Below are positions 21,485 to 33,694 of a stretch of DNA of 64,000 nt, piece by piece; within the stretch, counting starts at the first letter, position 1, and every line of letters starts with the position of its first letter. Location of the stretch: positions 3,410,001 to 3,474,000 of the forward strand of contig JBHGNT010000017.1 of assembly GCA_043228905.1 (NCBI GenBank), read 5' to 3'. Below the pieces are notes generated by a model, which saw only the letters and a list, made by a program, of their open reading frames with translations, did not search any database and had not been told where the DNA came from. The DNA is from Azolla caroliniana (lineage: Eukaryota; Plantae; Polypodiophyta). Made by a program: the position numbers and the translations under genes.

Positions 21485-21485
<1 letters not shown>

Positions 21486-21570
<85 letters not shown>
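21486..21570. repeat. (CT)n microsatellite
   Basis: Direct reading. Confidence 0.95.
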
Positions 21571-21573
<3 letters not shown>

Positions 21574-23759
21574 AATTAAAACCAAATGGCTTAAGTCTTA
21601 ATTATTCTATTTTAAGTTCTTAAGCTATCTTTTATTATTGTGGATTAACTTAACTAAACTAAGAGTGGTGGATTCTCCTACTGTATAGTCTTATTTCTAA
21701 ATTTGTGAAGACTCTTGATTAATTTTGAGGATTGAGTTTAATCATTTCTTACTTATGCATAATAAAAGAGCTTAATGACTAGTTCGCTAAAATGATTAAT
21801 ACTTTGTTAGAACGCTTAAGAATTATTGATACATGTTCTTATTCAATTCACCCTCAATAACGAGATGTTGGATTGAAACCCCTAACACAAACACAATGTG
21901 AGAAAACTCTGTTGAGTATGATGTTGGTTATAATACCTTGGGCACAACACAATTTTTTACCGTCTTGGAGAAAGATAAATTATTGAACACACACTCCTTA
22001 AGAAACATGTATATTTAAGTTCACCATTGACTTAATGAATAGGAGACACTTATGAATTGAATAAGGTGGATACCTTAGATGTCTTACTCATGGAATAGTT
22101 GCATATGATATTATTCATCCCACAATGTATGGTGTTTTGTGTGCTCATTATAGAAAATGTTGATATTGTTCAAGTTCTTTCATATGTAGCTCATCCAAAA
22201 TGGGCTTGAAGGCCCCATCATAGTGGCAAACGTATTGTCTAACCCCTAACCACCCAGATGTGCTATAATGACCAATTGTAGTTGCCATCTAGCAAGGCCA
22301 TCATCGAATGACTCAACTTGCAATGAAACATCACCATAGACCATCCAAACCCACACATGTAACTAACTTGGATCCAAGCTTATATATTTTTGTTCCAAAT
22401 AAAAAGATATAAATAATGGTGACATAGAAATTGATTCATAGTGGCCACTATCACAAATAAGGGTTGTAGATTACGAGTCAATTTTGTGATTTTCAATTGA
22501 AACTATTTTATAGCATCTTAGATCCTCATAGAAAGTGCAAACATCTCGGATAAAGTGCAAACTTGGGAACTTTTATAATGAAACACTTGGTATCCGACAT
22601 CTGACTCTTGTCTCCTTAAAAAATTCAATAGAACGTGACCAAAAGATACGTATATTGTATTATTGTGTATGACTAGGCATATCGAAAATATGCTATACCT
22701 CATTTTGATTGAAAGTCACAATTTGTCCTTTCAATTTTCACATGGTTACATGGAATTTTGCCAAACTTGAGAGGAGGCTTGCATGTCTTACGCCAATTAT
22801 AGGAAAGAAATCTTACATATCAATGTTACAAACTTGAGCATCTTATCATCAATCATTTTATTATCTCCATTTCATGCAAATATCTATCTTGCAGTAAGAC
22901 TATCAAATGTGAACAAAAAATGTAAATGTTTTTAAAGTGTACACATTAGTAGATCACCAAATTGGAATAAAATGGATTTAATTTGTCACACCATTTAGAT
23001 TGTTTTCTCACTCATATGAGATGTAACATGCAGACCAATTGTATCTAATAGTTCGAGATTAGTTTGATATTTCTTTATGTTGGTTTACTTTTTGATATAT
23101 AATTGATACGAATTATCATTCTTTGTCAAATCGAGTAATACATATGTTAATAAAAGTCGCTAGTGCATTCTTCCTTGGTAAGTGTAGACAAGAAACAATT
23201 ACATTTATGGCAGGCCTTAAACCAAGAGCTCTCTTGTAGATAACGCCACCAATTAGTTATGGCATTCTCAAGTATATCTTGTAGTAAGAGGAATATCAAC
23301 ATGGTATTTATATGAGGATCAACACAAAGATAACACAATAATAGAGATGGTTACCGTTGATGAAATGGTTTCTAGATTTGTAAACTACAATTTCCTTGGA
23401 AGTGAGATTGCATTTCTGAACTCTTGTCACGCTTAAATGATTTAAATTTAATAGATAAACATACATGAATGACAACTTTTGGTGTCACTCTATGGGAGCA
23501 AAAGGAACCATTCAATCTTCTATCAACTAGTTCTCAAGAGAGAATTTTGCCTTCACATGTTCATGGCATTCCTAACATGTCCTTGAGAAACTTGCCTAAT
23601 TTCTTCTTGGAAATATTGTTATATATTCTACCAATTTGAAAAGCACAGTATCTTGTTTGTCATACCATTTTCTTTAATGGACAACTAATTAGCAACTAGT
23701 CTTCACATGGCAATGGATAACACCTTGGCACTAATTTAGTTCCCGTCTTCAAATGACAA

Positions 23760-24296
23760 TGGCACATGCCTTCCTTGAAGAATGCTTACTATCTATGACT
23801 TAACATCGGCTATTCCCAATCTTATGAATGGCAATGACATTTTTACTCTTTTTAAAACATATTCACGAGTCATGACTCTTTTGTTATAAGTGGCATGTGA
23901 AATTGGTTGTTAAGGTTACACCTATAACATTGTGCCACCACACAAACTACATGCAAATAAAAAATTTGGCGTGATTCATGGGTCTTCTCCAATTGAGCTC
24001 TTCACAAGTCTTCTCAGTTGGGAATTGGCACATGCCTTCCTTGAAGAATGCTTACTATCTATGACTTAACATCGGCTATTCCCAATCTTATGAATGGCAA
24101 TGACATTTTTACTCTTTTTAAAACATATTCATGAGTCATGACTCTTTTGTTATAAGTGGCATGTGAAATTGGTTGTTAAGGTTACACCTATAACATTGTG
24201 CCACCACACAAACTACATGCAAATAAAAAATTTGGCGTGATTCATGGGTCTTCTCCAATTGAGCTCTTCACAAGTCTTCTCAATTGGGAATTGGCA
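23760..24296. repeat. Recent 266-bp tandem duplication
   Basis: Unit starting TGGCACATGCCTTCC at 23760 and 24026; about 2 mismatches. Confidence 0.93.
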
Positions 24297-24344
24297 ACAA
24301 GAGATCATCAACCAAATGTTGATTGAAAATCGAACTACATCACA

Positions 24345-24346
<2 letters not shown>

Positions 24347-24429
<83 letters not shown>

Positions 24430-24450
24430 AATATATATATATATATACAC
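24347..24450. repeat. (CT)n(AT)n microsatellite
   Basis: Direct reading. Confidence 0.95.
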
Positions 24451-27400
24451 TAAGTATGTATTTAGTTATCATTTGAGTTTACTTTATTTCTTCAATTTGT
24501 GCTCTTTCCCCGCATTCTTAACATTTCCCACCTTTCTTGGCTTCTTGAAAATAATGATAATGAATTGCTTATTCATTAAATCATAATTGGGTACTTATCA
24601 TGAACATTGCCTTAAGGAATATGATCTAGCAAGTGGAATAATTGAGTGTCTTGCAATCACTTCGACATCATAACAATTGCTTACACATTTTTTATGCCTA
24701 TTCTTCCACATCTAGATATATAATTCAGAGATCAAACTTTAGGTCAAGATGCCTAGATATATAATAGTGGTAATATTTATCATTGTGTGGAAAAAGTTGT
24801 GAAGGTAACCTGACATGGAGAGTTGTCACCCACATGTAATTTAGAGATCAAACTTTAGGTCACCAATCAAACTTTGAAGCTATCATTTTTCTTATTATTA
24901 CCTTGATGCCACAAATACATTTGGTAATGCACAACCATTCAAACTTAAATAAGTTAGCAATACTAAGGGTTCCATAATGAACAAGTTGTCAACAAATGGG
25001 AACTTATCCAAGAAATTGATTTTTGGATGGAATAAAATGGAAGGGAAGTAAAATGGTCAAAATGCCTAGTTCGGGTAAAATACCAAGTCGTGGATGTTGT
25101 TGCATTTTTAGAAATCATATTTATCTTCGTGTAGTTGTTCTTAGTATAAGACTTAAGTTATAAAATGCCCTAAAAGATCAATGGCCAATGCAAGTGTTGA
25201 AATTGATAACACATGTCCATATTAATCTCCCATCTCTAAGGAAGCTACCTCCATGTTATCCTCTACACATATACATGTACCTCTTGCCTCCAAAATTTGG
25301 AATTATTGAGTCCTTACCTCATCAAGTGTGAACAAACTTACTCAAAATATTTGAAGAATGACACAAACAAATTGGTTGGTTAGTGCTCACATAAGTAGGG
25401 CCACATCTTGCAGACAATCGATACATCACATATAACACTCCCTAGAATGGGATGCTCTTCCTTTGTACACATAGTCTCTCCGTCTCAAAACATACACTAA
25501 CAAGCACTACCCTCTACTGCGAAGCTTTGCTTATTAAATCCAATGGCTTTTGGGTATTATCCAATATAGTTTTATAATGTCAATTGAGTTGTCGAGATAT
25601 AGATGGTCCTTTCATGCAAGAAGTTGCTCATCAGTGAATCAAATCTAGAGGAGTGGGGGGATTTCTTTCAATGAGCAAGTTGGATCCAAGCTTCTTAATT
25701 TAGGAGGCAAGCTTGTTTCCATGAACATGAGCTTTTTAAAGTGTGTTTTCCCCCTATGTGACCCATGCATGATTGTCATAGACAACTAGTGATGTAGAAA
25801 GCTTCAAAGGTACACCTCATAGGTTATAGCATATAGCTCATCCAAAGTTCATACTTAATAAGTTGAGATTTGAAAATTAGTAGAAAATGACAAATGTTGT
25901 GATTCAATCTTCATACTAAAGAAATATAAAGTTTTGAGATAAATATTCATATGATTAAAAGCCAGTCAAATCAATGTAATACTACTCGAACAATAATCAT
26001 GATGTGGGATAACATCACAAAGGCAATTCATTAATATTGTAATTGCCATTAACGAGCATGTTAATTAATGTTAACTCATCCACAAAAATGCATTGCTAAT
26101 TGAATGTTTTCTTGATGATGGATTGATTTATTGTGTTGAGATTTTCAAAATAATGAAGTATATTTCAGTGCATTGAGGTTTTAGAAATAAAAAACTCTAA
26201 AACACCCTCGATGCTCATGAGTTTTCATTATATTGCCAAATGGCGTTGGTCAATCAATCCCTAATGAGATCAAAAGGGAGATGAATATACCACACAATTA
26301 CCCAAGTAGAACATATAATTGAAAAAAAAGGGATGGTTTGACAATATAATTGCTCAAATACCGCATTTAATTACTATAGAGGTGGTTCGCAAAGAGCATT
26401 ATGGAGATAACCAAACATTTTTTAAAACAATGTACATTTGTTTTATGATGTACAATATCAACCGTCAAATGGGAGCATTTTTCTCCCCAATGAAAGGAAA
26501 CACTTTATTGTTACATCAATCAAACAAAACACTAAATACTTTGTTCAGACTTTACGTAATTGTTTCTTACTATTGGACCGTCGAATGCAAGTGTTTTTAC
26601 CCTTATAAAAAAAGGAAATACTTTTAAACATGAGTTCTTTTAAACATTACATTCGGTAGTAGAACAAGAAAAAATAAACCTTTTCAAAAAGCCACAAGTC
26701 GCTTGTATTTGTCAAACTACCCCTCATATTGTCCTTAATTAATATAATAGTCGTACGATTACAAGAATGAATGGTTGGAAATGGTTGTCCGAATGGTTGT
26801 CCACAACTAATATAAGAATGATATGATTAGGAAAATGTATGGTTGGCCACAAGTGGTCATGGGTATATCACATAGTGTCGAGGATATCTCATGCATGGAT
26901 CATGAATGTATAATGCATGTGGGTCATGTATGTTTCATGTCATGGTTCTTCATGTGGGTCATGTATGTTCCATGTCATGGTCATGCATGTCGGACTTGGA
27001 TGCAGTAAGCATTGGTCATTTATGGCTTGTGCATGAGTCATAGAAAGGAAAATTTGCACTTTAAAAGCTCACCAACCTCAATAAAAAGCTCGCCTTCATG
27101 GCAAAAAACTTACTTTACCAATTAAGTTCACCTACCACTTGTTCACAAAGTGAATACACCCATTGTTAAGGCATGTAAATAAAATGATATAGATCGAGGG
27201 GCATCTCATTGATTAAAGGTGATGGATCCTTGATTATTGGTCAAATGGCAACAATGTAATTATGAGGCGATAGTGCATGTCATAAATTGTTTAAGTTATG
27301 TCATAAGCTCTTTTTTATCCTTACATAATAAGTTTGATTTCCATTGGAGTCTCTCTCTCTCTCTATTTATTCCATAGTCTAATCAATCTCATTTAATCAC

Positions 27401-27900
27401 TCTGTTCTTATTGATCGAGCTTGTTAGTGGGTTGATTACAACAAATGATATTAAAGCATATGGGCCCATTATCAACCTTTGCATATCTATCTAGTTAAAA
27501 TTGAGTAAGCACATTTCTAAGTGATATAGTTTCCAGGCATTTCAAGTGATTCATCTCAGTGATGTAGGTTAGTGATCTAGAGCATGTAAGGGCGGGTTAC
27601 CTAGATGAATGGCCAACTTTCGAACTTAACTATGGCCTCAAATCTCATTACAAAAGTAGTACAATTTCATATTTGCAATTCGCTTTTCAATCAAGAGATC
27701 ATTTATTTATGACTATTCTGAAGTTAGTGTTACATGCATGATTTCCTTCACAAGACAATAAGCATTTAGTTCTTCATATGTATCAATTTCTTTATTGCTT
27801 GATATTTATATCCATCTACGATTGAGCTCAAGAGAAGTACGTTTTCATAGTCTTTTTTCACGAAGACAAACTTTATGGAATTAAGTACAATTTGTTGAAG

Positions 27901-28344
27901 TTTCCTAGTAAAAAAGACTTTTGTCTCAAAGACTTGATGATGAATCTTACTTCAATAGTATGGGCTCTAATATTTTTCCTTCATGAGTAAGTCTTGCTAC
28001 TCCACCCACAATGGCCTCTTGTGTTACCCAATAAATAACATAAAGAGATGAGGTATCAAAGATTTACACATGATGACAATGATTTTTTCTTACTCTCAAG
28101 AGGTTAATCATGTTAATCACAATTCATGGGGTTTCCTATTAAAAAAAATATTTGTCTCAAAGATTTGATGATGAAACTTCGCCCAAATGTATGGGTTCTA
28201 CTTCTTTTCCTTTAAGAATAAGTCTTACTACTCCATCCACATAGGTCTCATGGGTTACCCAATAAATATCACAAAGAGATCAGATATGAAATATGCAAAC
28301 GTAATGAAAATGATTTCTTTTACTAATGAGAAGTTAATCATGTT
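27901..28344. repeat. Old diverged ~231-bp tandem duplication
   Basis: TTTGTCTCAAAGA.TTGATGATGAA, TAAGTCTT.CTACTCCA.CCACA, GTTACCCAATAAATA and GTTAATCATGTTA recur at ~231-bp spacing. Confidence 0.75.
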
Positions 28345-29137
28345 ATATTTATGCTCATAATCCAATTGTAAAAAGAGCTTGCAAAGCGCATTGTCAAAGA
28401 ATAAATTAGATGGTCTTTATAGTTTATATAACAAAGGTGCAAGATCTATGAGAGCAACTACTCAACAATAGTTAGATCATCCTGAACAAAGAAATGATCC
28501 ACAAGACTTCTGAGTCATTGCCTCTTTCCTTTAAAGATTCTCGTAAATATTATCCATCCGTGGTATGAAAAGACATTTCAATCTTATAACTTCATTAAGT
28601 TTGTGAATACATGAAAAATAGATAATGATCCAACACTTATATTTCAAGCAAATGCACCAAAATTCACCACCACAATAGATACAAAAAGGGTTATAAAGGT
28701 TGATGGTCTAATATTCGTGAGTCTTGTTCCATGGGAGACCGATTGTGATATATCTTGGTTCATTACTCATCACATGCACCATTATGTGGATCTCTTTACA
28801 TGATCTATATCATGTAGATAAACCAACTAGTGAATTGTTTGGCCCATCTCACCATAAGAAATTGCTTGTGTTGGAGCGTTACTCTTCCCGCCTTGTTCTT
28901 TATTCCATTTATTATAAGACTAACTCAATTCCGATGGAAGTATCACGTGAAATTGCATGAGAGGTTTTGTATTGTCGTGTTGTTTTAATACAAACATAAG
29001 ATTTATGAAAGAAATAAAAAAGAAAGAAAGATTCAGGATTATGGAAGGATGGTCCCATACATTTTCAAGACGTAGGTAGGAAAGGAAGGAATTCGAAATG
29101 CTCTCAGATGGGGGGCAGGGGGTGTGACACATCCAAT

Positions 29138-29290
29138 GTGTTGAGGGGTTTCGTGATTGGAACCACAACACACCACCTCGATGGATTGAGGTGAGGGCCT
29201 TTCTTGACGGGTAGATCCATTGCATTGAGGGGTTCTATGATGAAAACCACAACACACCACCTCGACGGATTGAGGTGAGGGTCTTCTCGA
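29138..29290. repeat. 84-bp period tandem repeat (2 copies)
   Basis: AACCACAACACACCACCTCGA.GGATTGAGGTGAGGG at 29161 and 29245. Confidence 0.85.
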
Positions 29291-29629
29291 GAGGTAGAGA
29301 AGGCCCTGTGAGTCGTGGGCTTCTAAGTCTTCTCGATGGATGAAGAAGATACATCGATGACTCACGAGAGGGATAAAGGGTAAGCTCGATGGATCCAAAT
29401 TCTTCACTTACTCATCCTTCACGCAGTCGAGCAGTGCTGATAAGCGAATCCGAGTCCGATCGGATAATCCACTCTAAATCACAAAAGAAAAACTTCGGTG
29501 GTGTACCAGTGGGGAAAGGCAGGGGTCCGAGGTTCGTAATCCAGGGAGGGAGGGAGGGCACACAATTCAATTGGTGGTGGTTAGGAGCGCAATAAAACGA
29601 ATTGGGATAGGAATGAGTCCGAATGACAC

Positions 29630-29865
29630 AAGAAGAAGAAGAAGAAGAAGAAGAAGAAGAACTTTATGTGGAGGCAACAATGATGAGGATCATGGATCTC
29701 ATCTCTCTCTCTCTCTCTCTCTCTCTCGTTAGAGAAAAGTGTTTTTTGAATTCTCTTAAAAGAGCTTTTGAAACAAGTACACACACACACACACTCTCTC
29801 TCTCTCTCTCTCTCTCTTACACACACATACACTCTCTCTCTCTCTCTCTTACACACACATACACT

Positions 29866-29904
<39 letters not shown>

Positions 29905-29931
29905 TCACTCACTCACTCACACACACACACA

Positions 29932-29973
<42 letters not shown>

Positions 29974-30294
29974 CACACTCACTCACTCACTCACACACAC
30001 ACACACACACAGCGTATTGGATTCACTTCTCTAGTGTTTTCGATTCACCCTCAGGAGAGCGCTCATCAGTCGCTGCAGAAGGAAGGAGACCGAAGAAGAA
30101 GAAAGACAGAAGAAGAAGAAGAAGAAGAAGAAGAAGAAGAAGAAGGAAAAAGACAGAAGAAGAAGAAGGTTACAGATGGAGAGAAGGAAAAAGAAATGAT
30201 CAGGAGATCAGAAGAAGCAAAAGAAGAAGAAGAAGAGAAGAAAACTACACAGGAACCAGAACCATAACACAAGGAGAACAATTTCTCCTTCTTC

Positions 30295-30364
<70 letters not shown>

Positions 30365-30365
30365 C
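29630..30365. repeat. Compound microsatellite cluster (GAA, CT, CA, CACT, TA)
   Basis: Direct reading; lies upstream or in the 5' region of the gene at 30596. Confidence 0.93.
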
Positions 30366-30595
30366 ATCTCTCATCTCGATTCCATCGATCCTTTCTCCGA
30401 AGATTCTTCCATCGCTCCTTTCTCTGAAATATTCTTCCGTCGCTTCCTTCTTTGAAGTTTCCTCCATCGCTCAGAACTTCCGGTCGATCCTTTTTTCTGG
30501 CGATTCTTCTATCGGCCCTCTCTTTCAAGATTCTTCCGTCGCTTCTTTAAACTGACATTCTTCCTGTCATTCACTCTTTCTTTGCTCACTCAGAC

Positions 30596-32396
30596 ATGGG
30601 AGGCTGCTCCACCAAGCCGAAGACTACTGAATTTGATGGTTCCATGGACCAGACCCTTGAAGACACCATTGACGAGAAAGGATCATCCCTTCAAGCACTT
30701 CTCCTTGAGGTTTGTCTCTGTTCATTCATTTCTCTATTCTTTGTTAACGTCTCTAGAAAAATATAGACGCGGTCTCTTATGGGAATGATACTCCTGTTGC
30801 AGCAAGCGACAAAGCTTCCTCTTTCAGGATTCACAAAAGAGAATGGAAACGGAGAGGAACTTAAGCCGTTTCAGGGGAAGGATATGGACGGCCTAGTTAC
30901 ACAGAAAGAAGCAGTACTTATTGAGGCAAAGAAAGAAACCATAGAAATTCTAAAAGAAAGGCTTGTTGCGTCTCAAGAAAAGCTTGTTCTCACTCAAGAA
31001 AAACTTGTTGCATCTCAGGAAAAGATTTTTAAGGAAGCTGTGGTTGCAAATTTCCAGCAGAGGATCAAAGAAGCAGAGGCTGAGCAGAATATCACTAAAC
31101 ACGTCTATATTGAGCAGAAGATCAAAGAAGCAAATATTGAGCAGAAGACCGAAGAAGGAAAACCTGAACAGAATATCAAAGAAGCAAGTATTGAACACAA
31201 CATAAAAAGGACAAGTATTGATCATAATATCAATGAAGTGAGGGTTGACCAGAAGATCAAAGAAGAGACTACCGCAATTGTAGAAAATGTTGGTTTTAAG
31301 ATACTAGGTCCAGAACCTCAAGTAGAACAAATGCAGCCAAGTAAGAAATCACATGAGATCGTCATGAAAGAGCAGGAGAAAAGTGTGGTCAATGCATTAG
31401 AGATTCCACATCATGGTCCAGGGGTGAAAAACGTCATTGAAGTTTCATCATATACACAGGAATTCAAGGAAGGACATAGTAGTCCTAGACACAATTGTGT
31501 GAGTAAAGACGAAGCGGAACTTCAGCAATGTGGCATTAATTCTGATTATAAGTTTGACTCTCTCAATTCACGGCGTGATCGGCGGATTCATAACATTGGC
31601 AAGTGGGAACAAGAACGAATTCAATCACCTTGCCATGTGAAGATATGCCAGGTAAGCTTTTGGTTCAGGATGAGCCATACCACAATTTGTTGATGTAATA
31701 TGAACTATAAGTCGAAAGTTTTTGATGAAATCTCAACTATAATGCACACTTTTTGCTGGAATGTGAACTATAAATCAAAGTTTGCCATGCAATGTGAGCT
31801 AAAACACAAAGTTTTTATCTAGTTCAACTATGATATGAATTTTTTTGATATACTGTGAACTATAATGCAAGATAGTTAAAATGAAGTGAACTCTAATACA
31901 ATTTTTTAAATGTGATGTGCACCATTACACAGTTTTTGATGTAATGTGAATTATAATATGCAATTTCTTCATTGTACTATGAATAATAGTATGTGCAAAG
32001 GTTTTGATGGAATGTAGCCTATAACATAATTTTTTGATGTAATCTGAACTTCTATGCAAAGTTTTTTATGCCTATTAATGGAATGAAAAGATGAATTGAT
32101 GAATGCATGGGGTATCTTGATTATGTAAGTCAAAGTTCCCTAATGCTAACTCATACAATCGAATCCAAGGATAAATTTGATCGATGCATAAAATATTCAT
32201 ATATTGTGTGATACCCACAATGACTAACTTTGAGTTGGATTTCAACTTTCAGGAAGATAAAAATCTGTCATCGGTTATGCGGATTGATCCACTTGCGAGC
32301 ATTATAAACTTTTCCCCTGATATTGATGAAGTGTGGGAGAAGCTGGCCTCGGAATTTGAGAGGCAAGAAAGCTTATCCAGCTCCTGTAGGTCATAA
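30596..32396 (+). CDS. Three-exon gene (30596-30709, 30803-31651, 32253-32396), 368-aa Glu/Lys-rich protein with predicted N-myristoylation/S-acylation start MGGCSTKPK
   Basis: GT-AG introns, all phase 0 and in frame with ORFs 30779-31693 and 32184-32396. Internal 7-aa and 9-aa repeats. Confidence 0.75.
31686..32068. repeat. Degenerate ~31-bp intronic minisatellite (~12 units)
   Basis: Consensus approx. TTTTGATGTAATGTGAACTATAATGCAAAGT. Confidence 0.75.
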
Positions 32397-33653
32397 AATG
32401 CCGAAATCAAATCTAACTTTCTTCGTCATGAATTAAAAAGGATGGCTCCACATCAATGGCAAGAGAATAAAGCTCTTCTTTTGTAATGGCATACTTTCAA
32501 CTTTCAAGAATTTTCTTTGATGTTCAGGAAATGTTGAAGTGGTAAAAGAGTTTATATGACAGAGAGGTAAAACCCTTGTGCCAGCCAGTTCCATAAGAAG
32601 CTTTACTCCAATATTTATTTCATCCAAGTGTTATCCCTTGTATATGGCAATGGTATTCGGTTGCCCTGGAAGGGGGCAACGTTTCACTCATTTTCATTAA
32701 TAAGAAAGTGGATAGTGTTGGCTTGGAGCAATAGATTATCAAAATTTGGAAACTTTTCTACCGTGCAAGTGCATTCATTAAGTGTTACTACTAATTGCAT
32801 GATAAAGATTGTTGAATGGTTGCGTCTCCTACTTGTGTTCCATTATTTTGTTCTCCACATTAATATGGTATCAACCCCCTTTCATGGGGGCAACATTGTG
32901 GTTTTCGCTTCTTCGGGTCTTACACAAACAATGTAAATGTCAATAGTGGATTGTCACTAGCATGCTTCATTAGCAAAAGGGAGCCTTTGTCCATCTTTTG
33001 TGATAGTTGAGGATACCATTCTTGTGTCACATAATGTTGGTGTACAAGATTGATCAAACACCTTCATGTGCCACATGAGTATGAGCAAGAGTTAATTAGC
33101 ACAAGATCAGTAAGCACTTTGTATAGTCCTACGACAATGAATGCGGTGGATTCTATGGACATTCAATCATAAATTTGATGAATGGACTTATAATCTAAGA
33201 ACAATTCTACTAAAATTGGATTTTTTTGAGAATTGTTAAATACAAAGATGGCTTATCTATAGCATTAGTCATTGGTACAACTTTTATTTGAATTTCAATT
33301 TTCTCTTGGGATAAGAAGTAAGGGAAACATCTTTTAGAAATCAGGTCTATAAGAAATTTCCCCCATGATTGTACTATCAATGTTCCATTGAATAACAAAC
33401 CCAATCCCACTAAGTTTAAAATAATAATGCAACTATTTGTATACATAATCCTTACTTAAATCTAAACCTGATAACCCTCCTAACACGGACTATTAAATAT
33501 ACAATACTCATATCAACAAATTTGATGGGTATTGCATTTGCACAACGTGAAACTAAGGGCCCTTAATTTTCAAAGTAATTATTGGTCATAGGATCTAATT
33601 AAATATGTTATGTATATTGGTTTGATGCATACACATGTGAAACCACACACACA

Positions 33654-33694
<41 letters not shown>

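Larger units (their letters stand above)
18449..21485 (-). mobile_element. L1-like LINE, 5'-truncated with 5' inversion, decayed
   Basis: Minus strand has RT (RSVRQGCPISPLLF, LADD, HLGYPLG) and zf-RVT (CFFC...THRFIQC). The plus strand 20855-21485 carries the upstream RT part (WRPISL...QLDLEKAYDHVN). (CT)n flanks both sides. Confidence 0.88.

Noticed and set aside
22425-22450. Minus-strand DSGHYESI resembling an OTU-peptidase C-terminal motif
   Set aside because: No matching catalytic Cys motif found in frame; too short to support.
29581-30467. ORFs of 88-214 aa with poly-E, SL and TH runs
   Set aside because: Translations of microsatellites.
31686-32068. Possible CRISPR-like array
   Set aside because: Units are degenerate, contiguous, lack unique spacers, and lie in a eukaryotic intron.
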